Position numbers and translations under genes: made by a program
Assembly (NCBI GenBank): GCA_041736305.1
Contig: JBGSTX010000175.1
Location: 1-15,442, forward strand
Direction: 5' to 3'
Origin: Oligoflexus sp.
GTDB lineage: Bacteria; Bdellovibrionota_B; Oligoflexia; Oligoflexales; Oligoflexaceae
Length of the DNA stretch: 15,442 nucleotides
Notes under the pieces: model-generated
Told to the model about the DNA's origin: nothing
The model's input: the letters and a program-made list of their open reading frames with translations, nothing else
Database searches by the model: none
Shown here: one piece after another, positions 1 to 7,932 of the stretch
Numbering within the stretch: position 1 is the first letter of the stretch
How the letters are laid out: each line of letters starts with the position of its first letter

Positions 1-278
1 TTGTCGTTTTCAAGGACATCACGGGGTCCTTCGCAGAAACTGCAGTCGCCGCCTGGTCCGCCTTGATCACCACCACTTTGGATGTAGGAAATCTCAGAAT
101 TGATTTCTGCCACGAGGGAGTCGGCTGTGCTAGCCGCTGCATAGAGATTGTTCTTGTAAGAAGAGCCTTCCCCACCCGATGGAGGTCGCGTTGCATCGAA
201 GGCAAAAGCTGAACCAGCCGTAAGTAAGGATACGAGCAGCGGCGCATGCCGATGCAGAGCTAGAGGCAAGTGCTTCAT
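1..278 (-). CDS. Secreted hypothetical protein, N-terminal part (runs off the left edge; not in ORF track)
   Basis: ATG at 278 preceded by GGAG; open frame to the edge: MKHLPLALHRHAPLLVSLLTAGSAFA|FDATRPPSGGEGSSYKNNLYAAASTADSLVAEINSEISYIQSGGDQGGPGGDCSFCEGPRDVLEND; Sec signal with A-F-A cleavage site. Confidence 0.8.
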   Translation of the reverse strand, partial: MKHLPLALHRHAPLLVSLLTAGSAFAFDATRPPSGGEGSSYKNNLYAAASTADSLVAEINSEISYIQSGGDQGGPGGDCSFCEGPRDVLEND

Positions 279-452
279 TTGAAGTCTCCACTATTGAATT
301 TTTTGCTTCTACTGGGGGTCTCCCTTCGATGACAGAGAGCGGGACGATACATTGCAGTTTTTAAAATAATTTTTTTTGCTGCTGATTTTTTGCGACGGAG
401 CAGCTGCAATACCTGCATTTTTGAGGACTCATTAAGATAGGATACAAAGCTA

Positions 453-1448
453 ATGAGGAAAAATATGAACAGGTCGCGGAGCAGAATCTATTTTATCGGT
501 CTTTACCTTTGTCTCGCTGCATGTGGAAGTGAAAGCGCCTCGGAAATCAAGACTATTTTTGGCCATTTCGATCTTAAAGTACTCACACGCTCTCAGACTG
601 AGACGAGTTTGCAGCGGAGTGTCGGCGCCATTTTTCTCGCAAGTCTCGACCAAAAAGCTCAAGCGAGCCAGATGATAAAATTCTGCAGCGGCATACAGAT
701 ATCGCCCCGCCACGTCCTGAGCAATGCTCACTGCCTGAAGAAGAAGAGTGAAGATACTTACGTCGACCTATACTTTTCTAAGGACTACGTGGCACTCGAT
801 GGTGAAGAGAAGAAGTATACAGTTGATGATGCAGGTGGCTCCCTTTATCTCCGCTTCCGTGGAGCTACACTCTTGGATCCTGAGACGGCTCATGCACCCA
901 ATCTAAAGCCCCTCTTCGTCAGTTCGACGCTCGACTATGCTATCTTTGAAATTACGGAGCAGGGCTTTGACTCTGAGCATATAGACCTCGCTAGAGCACC
1001 AGAAATTCAGGAGCCCTCTACAGCGGGACTGCTCGCCTACCCCAATGCCATGCCGTTAACTTGGTCGGACTCCTGTCAGATCACGCCTTATCTCAAGGGT
1101 GAGAGCAAGCACGACTGCGATTCTACGGGAGGTTCTTCGGGTGGGCTGCTCTTCGATGCGCTGTCAGGCGCGCCCTTGGCTCTGCACAGACAGGGTGTTT
1201 TCAACAATTCGATACAATTCTATCGCGAGCATGGCAGGAGTGAAGAAGCTGCTGAATTAGCAGCTCGAGAATGCCGCGAGAAGTTCAAGATCGATGAGCA
1301 GAGTCCGGACTTGCCAGCCTGCATAAAGTTTCGGAGTGAGCATTTTGGTTTCAATCGCGCCATTCCTCTGGCCGATATAAGGGCAGATCTAACGAAGGAG
1401 GCGCCAGACCTCGCCCAGTCTCTGAGCACAGCACCATCAGCTGAATGA
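453..1448 (+). CDS. Trypsin-like (S1) serine protease, lipoprotein
   Basis: CSG...VLSNAHC (His), DYAI (Asp), HDCDSTGGSSGG (Ser); lipobox LAAC. Alternative start ATG 465 has GAGG RBS. Confidence 0.88.
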   Translation: MRKNMNRSRSRIYFIGLYLCLAACGSESASEIKTIFGHFDLKVLTRSQTETSLQRSVGAIFLASLDQKAQASQMIKFCSGIQISPRHVLSNAHCLKKKSEDTYVDLYFSKDYVALDGEEKKYTVDDAGGSLYLRFRGATLLDPETAHAPNLKPLFVSSTLDYAIFEITEQGFDSEHIDLARAPEIQEPSTAGLLAYPNAMPLTWSDSCQITPYLKGESKHDCDSTGGSSGGLLFDALSGAPLALHRQGVFNNSIQFYREHGRSEEAAELAARECREKFKIDEQSPDLPACIKFRSEHFGFNRAIPLADIRADLTKEAPDLAQSLSTAPSAE

Positions 1449-1913
1449 GCAATCTAGAAGATCTCGGAAGCGCTGGGTCTTCAAATAGAGAGTTTCGAAG
1501 CGATTTTGAAATTCCTCGGGCTGTGAAAGTTCGCTGAGCGAAAGCGAGAAGCCTTGGCGGGCTTCTTTCGCAACGGCACCAGAGACCATACAGGCTTTAA
1601 CTCTCGCACTATCGGCATGACTGTAGTTTTTCACGTAGGTCTCGACCGCTGTTTGGGTGAGACCTATCGTCGCCTGGAGCTTGCCACCGATTGAAAGCAG
1701 GATATTCACTACGGCATCATCGCCGCGGTAGGCAGCGTTGCGGTTGACGATGCTGCGGCCCATGAGGTTCAGAAATTGATCGACATCGTTTTTCATTTCC
1801 CATCCTAATGCCAGTCCCGCCGACCAATTCTCCTCTTGACTAGCTGCACTAGCTTGCGATCCGAAGCTCAGAGAAGCCCACAAGACTAGACCGATCCTTA
1901 GATTTTTTTTCAT
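1437..1913 (-). CDS. Secreted hypothetical protein
   Basis: ATG 1913 with GAGG upstream; signal peptide MKKNLRIGLVLWASLSFGSQASA; predicted helical mature part with two Cys; 3' end overlaps the protease 3' end by 12 nt. Confidence 0.75.
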   Translation of the reverse strand: MKKNLRIGLVLWASLSFGSQASAASQEENWSAGLALGWEMKNDVDQFLNLMGRSIVNRNAAYRGDDAVVNILLSIGGKLQATIGLTQTAVETYVKNYSHADSARVKACMVSGAVAKEARQGFSLSLSELSQPEEFQNRFETLYLKTQRFRDLLDCSFS

Positions 1914-1980
1914 ACTCCGCCTCATCGTTAATCGTGCAAGAAGTGATTTTATAAGCGAAGGACAGGGCCTTTTCGTGGAT

Positions 1981-2000
1981 ATTGCAGAAGTTTTTGCAAT
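1981..2000. promoter_or_regulatory. Palindromic candidate operator ATTGCA-N8-TGCAAT
   Basis: ATTGCAGAAGTTTTTGCAAT centred between divergent starts at 1913 and 2072. Confidence 0.4.
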
Positions 2001-2071
2001 TCATTCTGGACAAAAAGCGCCGCTCGGAGAAAAATACTTCTATGTCAATGGGTCGAAGGAGAGAGGTGCTC

Positions 2072-3073
2072 ATGATTGAGACAGCTAAATCGCTGCGTCC
2101 ACGCTTGATGGCTAGTTTTGTGAGCCTCATGGTCCTAGGTGCGAGCAGCTCAGCCTGCAAAACCAGCTCGCCTCAAAGCAAGTTAGCGACTATCGAAGCA
2201 AACCCGCCGTTTATAAGCCAGAAATCGGACATTCATATCACCTTTCTCGGCACTTCGACTCTCCTCTTTGACGACGGCGAAACGCGCTGGATCACGGATG
2301 GTTTTTTTACTAGACCTAATCTGAGTAAATTTGGCCAGAGCAGACTTCGCTCTGATGATAAACTCATCGATCGCATCCTCGATCGACTCAAGATCAAAAC
2401 CCTAAGCGCCGTCGTATCATTGCATTCGCATTACGATCATGCGCTTGATGCTCCCCTTTTGGCAAAAAAGACGGAGGCGCTTTTAATAGGCTCAAACTCA
2501 ACGGCGCTACTGGGTCGCGCCTTTGCTTTGCCACAAAGTCAAATCCAGGTGGTAAAAGATGGCGACGAGCTAAACTTCGGCAAGTGGAAAGTCACTCTTA
2601 TTCTTTCAGCACATAGCCCCAACCCCAAAGTCGCCGGTGAAATAGACAAGCCCCCTGTACTGCCTCTGACAGAGAATGATTACAAGCCTGGGGAATCTTT
2701 CTCGCTCCTCGTCGAGCACAGTGGTCGCTCACTCCTCTTGCAAGCTAGCGCAGGCTTTGTTCCAGGAAAGCTCCAAGGTCGCAAGGCGGATGCCGCATAT
2801 ATTGCGATCGACACCTTGGACAAGCAGGACGAGACTTACCGTAATGATTATTGGCGAGAAACAGTCGAAATAGTCGGAGCCAAGCGGGCTTTTGTTGTGC
2901 ATTGGGATGATACGAATAAGAGTCTCGAAGATCCTCTGGTGCCAGCTGTGGCACCCCCAGAGGAATTCGATAAACTCATGAAGTGGCTGAAGAACAAGGC
3001 TAAAGCCACAAATGTGGACATCCAACTCCCTCAGGCTTTTAAGGTCACCCTACCGTTTCCGGAAGCCAAGTGA
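2072..3073 (+). CDS. Metallo-beta-lactamase-fold hydrolase (UlaG-like), probable lipoprotein
   Basis: ITFLGTSTLL..DG...ITDGFFTRP, HSHYDH (HxHxDH), later H and VHWDD; GAGAGG RBS before ATG 2072 (preferred over TTG 1982); SSAC lipobox-like. Confidence 0.88.
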   Translation: MIETAKSLRPRLMASFVSLMVLGASSSACKTSSPQSKLATIEANPPFISQKSDIHITFLGTSTLLFDDGETRWITDGFFTRPNLSKFGQSRLRSDDKLIDRILDRLKIKTLSAVVSLHSHYDHALDAPLLAKKTEALLIGSNSTALLGRAFALPQSQIQVVKDGDELNFGKWKVTLILSAHSPNPKVAGEIDKPPVLPLTENDYKPGESFSLLVEHSGRSLLLQASAGFVPGKLQGRKADAAYIAIDTLDKQDETYRNDYWRETVEIVGAKRAFVVHWDDTNKSLEDPLVPAVAPPEEFDKLMKWLKNKAKATNVDIQLPQAFKVTLPFPEAK

Positions 3074-3083
3074 GCTAAAAATC

Positions 3084-4838
3084 TCAATCGATCGAGCAGC
3101 AGAGTAGCGCACTCGCTTTACCATCCCTCTGGGCGAGTCCTGCGACGTACTCGTGATCGGCACATTGCCCTTTGCGGGATCCGGAGGCGAAGTCACCTCC
3201 TTTCACCGATCCTCTGCCGTCTTCTCTATCGAACCAGCGGGTCGTACAGCTGCTGCTGAGTGGCCGCTGGGCTGGACTGCAGAGGATACCGCTGCTTCCC
3301 CAGTAGTGCTTGCTAAATCCAAGGACCATTTGCTGAGGTGGGCACTCGTACTTGGTGAATCCGGAGGCCCAATCTCCCTGAGCGAGTGAACTGCTTTCGC
3401 TGACAGCAACGACAGTGAGAGGCGCGGGTTTAAGGAGCTCAGCAGAGGCTTCGTCAGTGCATAGAGCGCGATGGTCCTGACTCATCCCGGCCAAACGCAT
3501 GGTATCGGGACAAGTTCCCTTATTGGCTCCAAGCAACCAATCTTCCCTAAAACTGTTTTGCTGGTCGTTGCCCCGACGAATATCCAGCTGGGAATAGTGC
3601 ACTTCGCGCGGTGTGCCTTCAAAACCCTTGGCGGCCATCAGGCGTTTCATCTCTGGAATTCTCCAATCATCGTCCAGCGTCTTCGACCAGTCGGCAGACA
3701 CCAGCCCGTAGGACTCATGATTCAAGGGCCAGTAAGCAAAATCGAGGTCTTTATCGATCATATAAGTGATGAGATCGCGAAACCAAGCCTTATCGAGCTC
3801 GCTCGCGTTATCGCGAGCGGCCCCAAACTCGCTGACCCAGACCGGGGCCGTATAGAATTGGCCAGGCTCGCTGACAAATCCCCATTCCTTATCCAGAGTT
3901 TGGCGAAGCGCTTCAGTTCCCAGTTCGCTGTAAAGTGGACCCTTGGATACACTGGCATTGCCGTTGTGCTCGGGACCGATATGCGTGTAGTTGTGGGCAG
4001 CATAGACGAGCTTATTATTGCCGGGAAGATGTACCGGACGATCGCGAACGGGCATGAGGTGGGGCCGACTCCCGGAACCGAGCAGAGGTATAGTACCCCA
4101 CCAGTTGATGCCTTCAACGACGATAAGAATATCTGGGTTGACGGCGAGAATCTTGCGACCTAAGTCTTCAGCAGCCTTATGCCAGTCATTCTGATCTCCC
4201 CTGCCCCAGTTAGGTATTTGGGGAAGAATCGTATCGCCTAACTTGCCGGTGCGAACTTCGTTCCGTAGATCAGCAGCAACGACAGCCTTATTATTTTTGT
4301 AACGCTCGATCAGCATCAGCCAGTCATTCTCCCACTGACTGAGATTTTGATCCATTTTGTCAGGAGAGCCACTGTGGATCCAAAGGCCATTGGCGTCGTA
4401 ACCGCAGCACCATTCCGAATAGGTCGAATGGTTGTTTAAGAAGACCACAATACCTGCCGCGGTCAAAGCCTCGACGGTCGCATCGAACACCTGGAGTGGA
4501 CTGAGATTTTGCAGCTGCGGATTTGCTCGGACAGCATCCGCCGAAACGGGTTGGGTCGTGCGGAGCATAGTGTTGGAAAAAGGCAGTCGAACAGCATTGA
4601 ACCCGAAATCTTTGATCAAATTTACGATATGCGCGAGAGATTGTTGGTCCAGCCCCCCTACAATCTCCCCTACCAAATGAGCCCCGTACCAGTTGACGGC
4701 TTGGACTTTGAATCGTTGCCCATCACGGTCGACAATATATCGACCATCTGTACTTAAGGGAAATCGTTCGCTTGCAGCCGCCGAACTAGCTAGGGCCAGC
4801 AAGCTCCCTAAGACGATTCCTACCCATAATTTCAGCAT
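3084..4838 (-). CDS. Secreted glycoside hydrolase family 5 (cellulase superfamily) with C-terminal Cys-rich triple repeat
   Basis: VNWYG, GFNAVRLPFS, DLRNEVR (acid/base Glu), AHNY, VWVSEFG (nucleophile Glu), FAYW; GAGGGAG RBS before ATG 4838; signal peptide MLKLWVGIVLGSLLALASSAAA. Confidence 0.92.
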   Translation of the reverse strand: MLKLWVGIVLGSLLALASSAAASERFPLSTDGRYIVDRDGQRFKVQAVNWYGAHLVGEIVGGLDQQSLAHIVNLIKDFGFNAVRLPFSNTMLRTTQPVSADAVRANPQLQNLSPLQVFDATVEALTAAGIVVFLNNHSTYSEWCCGYDANGLWIHSGSPDKMDQNLSQWENDWLMLIERYKNNKAVVAADLRNEVRTGKLGDTILPQIPNWGRGDQNDWHKAAEDLGRKILAVNPDILIVVEGINWWGTIPLLGSGSRPHLMPVRDRPVHLPGNNKLVYAAHNYTHIGPEHNGNASVSKGPLYSELGTEALRQTLDKEWGFVSEPGQFYTAPVWVSEFGAARDNASELDKAWFRDLITYMIDKDLDFAYWPLNHESYGLVSADWSKTLDDDWRIPEMKRLMAAKGFEGTPREVHYSQLDIRRGNDQQNSFREDWLLGANKGTCPDTMRLAGMSQDHRALCTDEASAELLKPAPLTVVAVSESSSLAQGDWASGFTKYECPPQQMVLGFSKHYWGSSGILCSPAQRPLSSSCTTRWFDREDGRGSVKGGDFASGSRKGQCADHEYVAGLAQRDGKASALLCCSID

Positions 4839-5007
4839 GCTGAGCTCTCCCTCAATCGAAAATAGATAAGTGGAATCTCCTCTTAACATCCATTTTTGTA
4901 AAGGCCAAGTCTGTTCGGATTTTTGAAATTGCGGGAGGGATAGGGGTTTGCGACTGCTTCCAACGCAGGCTGGTCAAGCGTGGAAGCCGTCTTACTTTTA
5001 TCGAATC

Positions 5008-6189
5008 TCAGTATCGCCTCGAGCGGGAATCGATGAAAGCCTGAGGATTTTCATAGAAGGCAAGAGCATCTTTCATCAGGCGAAGACGGATACTATCCGG
5101 TTCATTGTAGATCTCATGCCGCGAATTTTCATGGACGTAATAGCGGCAGCTAAAGACTCTTTTGCAGAATTTTTCAATTGCATTCAGCTCGACCCACTTA
5201 TCAAGGTCTTTGCCACCTGCAGCTATTGCTACTGGAACCTTTACGGCATCCAAGTTTGCTAGCTCGGTGGTCTCAGCGCTCAACTTCAAGAGCTGGCGAC
5301 CTTGCGCATTGGTAGAACCACAGCGGTAGCGTCCTGATTCGAGACCGCTGATCTTTCGTCCAGCATCATAGCGAGCCCTGGAAGTATGATCGGCCTTTTC
5401 GAAAGTCAGATCTTCTATAGGGACTTCTTTATTTGTGGGCACATAGTCATTGGGTTTCAGGGCCGCCGCCCCTTCCAGAATAATTTTTGCTACTTGGGTC
5501 GGGAAAGGCTCGCTTTTCGCCTGATGCATAGGCGAATTCATGAACGCGGCATCAACCCCGTCAGGATATTCTTGGAGGAAGCGCGAGCAGATACCGCCTC
5601 CCATTGAATGGCAATAAAGATAAGTCTTTCGACCGGGGGTCTTTACGCGGTCTACAAATACCTTTAAATCCTTGATATAACGCTCTCTGTCATCGACATG
5701 AACTTTGCAGTATCTCGGATCCTTATAGTAGGATTTGCCGTTTCTCTTGATGGAGAGCCCTTCGCATTGATTGGCTCGCATGCTCTTGTTTTCTTCTGCA
5801 CTGAAGAGCAGATGATCCGAGCAACCATGACCTACATGGGAATAGGAGTGAACAGCATAACCATTATTCCAGAAGTTGTAGAGCAGCTCGGAAAACGCTC
5901 GGTAATCTTGACCAAACCCGTGGACAGCTATGATGTTCGCTTTCGCCGAGCTATTGTCGATACTTATCGATTCGAGCTGGGCTCCTCCAGTTGCTGTGAA
6001 ATACGATTTAGGTGCCTTCTCCATAAAGGGCAGGATAGAATCCGACCACTCCTGTTCAAAGTTCGCATCTAAAATAAGCTTTGGTTCCTGCTTCGGCGCC
6101 GGCGATTCTGCGAGCGACTCGCTCCCGTCCTGCGTGCTTTTACATGAGATCAGACTCCAGACAAGAAATACAGCTGTTGCTAGTTTCAT
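5008..6189 (-). CDS. Alpha/beta hydrolase, lysophospholipase L2 (PldB)/Hydrolase_4-like lipoprotein
   Basis: VHGF oxyanion motif, GHG.S, CHSMGG nucleophile elbow, D..V, HEIYNE catalytic His; lipobox LISC; GAGG RBS before ATG 6189. Confidence 0.88.
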   Translation of the reverse strand: MKLATAVFLVWSLISCKSTQDGSESLAESPAPKQEPKLILDANFEQEWSDSILPFMEKAPKSYFTATGGAQLESISIDNSSAKANIIAVHGFGQDYRAFSELLYNFWNNGYAVHSYSHVGHGCSDHLLFSAEENKSMRANQCEGLSIKRNGKSYYKDPRYCKVHVDDRERYIKDLKVFVDRVKTPGRKTYLYCHSMGGGICSRFLQEYPDGVDAAFMNSPMHQAKSEPFPTQVAKIILEGAAALKPNDYVPTNKEVPIEDLTFEKADHTSRARYDAGRKISGLESGRYRCGSTNAQGRQLLKLSAETTELANLDAVKVPVAIAAGGKDLDKWVELNAIEKFCKRVFSCRYYVHENSRHEIYNEPDSIRLRLMKDALAFYENPQAFIDSRSRRY

Positions 6190-6470
6190 TCGTTCCTCAT
6201 AGATGGCAAGCTTTACCATCCAGTTTATATGTGCTGATACAGCCTCGGAAGAATTAATAACTGTTCAAAATATGTCCAAAGCACTTAAAAGTGACTTTCT
6301 TGGCAACTTGCGCTGAGTCCTGTTTGATTTCGCGCCTCCCCCCGTCCTCTAAAGCTGCAAAATTTCATGTTTTAAGCAATTATATTATAGACATAGAGTC
6401 GATTGGCCAGGACATCAGCACTGCCTGTACTCTATGCAGTCTATGCGGCTGTAAACACAAGCGATTGCAT

Positions 6471-6487
6471 CTGGTTTACCTCTTGCA
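6471..6487 (+). promoter_or_regulatory. Putative sigma54 (-24/-12) promoter
   Basis: CTGGTTTACCTCTTGCA: GG-N10-GC with TTGCA at -12, ~95 nt upstream of 6580. Confidence 0.45.
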
Positions 6488-6579
6488 AAGGATGCTTCTA
6501 GTTAGGCCGTCGCAGCACAAAGTATTCTTCGCTCTTCAAGGCGAAATCTGCTTTTACGAAAGAAACACAGGAGTTGCTA

Positions 6580-7125
6580 GTGACTCGTTCATACGTCGTA
6601 ACATTCAGCTTTCTGGCTTTTGCTTTGGCATGCAGCGGCGAAAAATCGACGTTCAATGCAGGAACGCCAACTGTAACAACTGCGCCTCGCACTAGCGATG
6701 CTACTAGCGGTGTTGATGAACTAAGCTCGGCGAAAACTCCCGCCGAAGCTGCTCCGCCAGCGCCGGCGCCAATTGCCGCGCCAGCCAACGCCATCAAGAA
6801 AGGTAGTTTCTTGGTATTCACGGTGCCTGCTGATCCATTACCGTTCAAGCCTTACGATATCTATATTACGGTCGACTTGAGTTCGGCTGAAGACCTCGGA
6901 AGTTATACGAAGGGCGACTTGTCCGGCACCATAACGGGCACTGATGGTTTCATGTATAACCTTGGCAGTAATATCGATGGCATTGAATCATTCTCATTCA
7001 ACTCGGATAAGGTGCAAGCGGTTTTGCAGGTCACCATCCCAGGCGCCGTCAACAATACCAAAGATTCTATCAAGGTCAACTCGACCTTGCTTAATGAATC
7101 CCAAGTTATTGAGTTAGTCTTCTAA
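6580..7125 (+). CDS. Hypothetical lipoprotein with Pro/Ala/Thr linker and beta-rich (Ig-like?) C-terminal domain
   Basis: AGGAG RBS 6 nt before GTG 6580; lipobox ALAC; linker TPAEAAPPAPAPIAAPA; followed by terminator. Confidence 0.8.
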   Translation: MTRSYVVTFSFLAFALACSGEKSTFNAGTPTVTTAPRTSDATSGVDELSSAKTPAEAAPPAPAPIAAPANAIKKGSFLVFTVPADPLPFKPYDIYITVDLSSAEDLGSYTKGDLSGTITGTDGFMYNLGSNIDGIESFSFNSDKVQAVLQVTIPGAVNNTKDSIKVNSTLLNESQVIELVF

Positions 7126-7151
7126 AAGAGAAGCTAGCTTCTCAGGACCAG

Positions 7152-7181
7152 AGGCTTCGGGTAGATCCGGAGCTTTTTTTT
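7152..7181 (+). terminator. Rho-independent terminator
   Basis: Stem AGGCTTCGGG / TCCGGAGCTT, loop TAGA, followed by T-run, just after stop 7125. Confidence 0.8.
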
Positions 7182-7207
7182 GCCATTTTTCTTCTTATTG
7201 CAGCCTC

Positions 7208-7236
7208 TTGCAGTCCTCCCCCTCCTGCCTTATAAT
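7208..7236 (+). promoter_or_regulatory. Putative sigma70 promoter
   Basis: TTGCAG (7208-7213), 17-nt spacer, perfect TATAAT (7231-7236), 45 nt before ATG 7281. Confidence 0.65.
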
Positions 7237-7280
7237 AAGCTCTTATCGCTGTCGACCCAACCACTTGCGAAAGGCAGCTT

Positions 7281-7883
7281 ATGAAGCTCTGGCGCCCCCT
7301 GCTGCTGATTTTGAGCCTATTCTCTCTTCAATGTAAATCAACGCGGAATCGCAATATTATTGACCTTGAAGCCGAGCCGCAATCAGCCGAAGCGGACGGT
7401 CCGCTGGGATGGGGCACGTCCTGCGCAGCCTGTCTCTGCACCCTCGCGACGAACCCTGAAGCTGTATCGTACAAGCCTCAGAAAGGTACCCCTCAGCAAG
7501 AGTTCAATGAGAAGCACAGCTGGTGCGAACGAAATTGGGCCTGCAATGGTGTCGAGTATCTCACCTTCCAGCCCGATATGCAGGAGCAGTGCGCCAGCAA
7601 TCCAATTCTCATGCGTTGGAAGAAAGTCAGTGGCAAAGCTGTCTGCGTCTACGAATACAGTTTTTTCGGGGGCGCTGAACAGTGCTACAGCGAGGGCGAT
7701 ATTCCGGATCTCGGCGAGATTTGGAACGACCGCATTTCATCTCTCAGACTCTTTGGCGATGTGCAGGTAGAATACTGGGAGAATGCGCAGTATCAGGGCA
7801 ATGGCCGCAAGACTACAAGCAGCTGGATACCTCGCCTAGAAGATGCGCTAGAAGATCACATATCTTCCCTACGCATCAAGTAG
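7281..7883 (+). CDS. Lipoprotein with Cys-rich N-domain and C-terminal beta/gamma-crystallin domain
   Basis: Two Greek-key motifs VYEYSFFGG...WNDRISSLRL and YWENAQYQG...EDHISSLRI; signal ending SLQC. Confidence 0.82.
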   Translation: MKLWRPLLLILSLFSLQCKSTRNRNIIDLEAEPQSAEADGPLGWGTSCAACLCTLATNPEAVSYKPQKGTPQQEFNEKHSWCERNWACNGVEYLTFQPDMQEQCASNPILMRWKKVSGKAVCVYEYSFFGGAEQCYSEGDIPDLGEIWNDRISSLRLFGDVQVEYWENAQYQGNGRKTTSSWIPRLEDALEDHISSLRIK

Positions 7884-7896
7884 GGGCCCATGGAGA

Positions 7897-7917
7897 AGGC
7901 TCCGTTTCCCGGAGCCT
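7897..7917. terminator. Hairpin between convergent genes (possible bidirectional terminator)
   Basis: AGGCTCCG-TTTCC-CGGAGCCT perfect 8-bp stem; no clear U-tract. Confidence 0.5.
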
Positions 7918-7932
7918 CCCCTGTGCCATCGA

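Noticed and set aside
1903-1910. A8 run just after the start codon as a phase-variation tract
   Set aside because: Simply encodes the MKKN signal-peptide n-region; short and common
2072-3073. Antibiotic-resistance metallo-beta-lactamase
   Set aside because: HxHxDH is superfamily-wide; surrounding motifs fit UlaG-like hydrolases rather than class B beta-lactamases
3153-4757. Several plus-strand ORFs (up to 230 aa) inside the GH5 gene, and similar shadow ORFs in other genes
   Set aside because: Antisense or alternate-frame shadows of well-supported CDSs with no protein-like motifs
6431-6448. Direct repeat TCTATGCAG/TCTATGCGG upstream of the sigma54-like site
   Set aside because: Only two short copies; indistinguishable from chance without comparative data
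6291-6848. ORFs 6291-6695 (+) and 6498-6848 (-)
   Set aside because: Overlap the better-supported lipoprotein gene and its promoter region; no RBS or recognisable motifs
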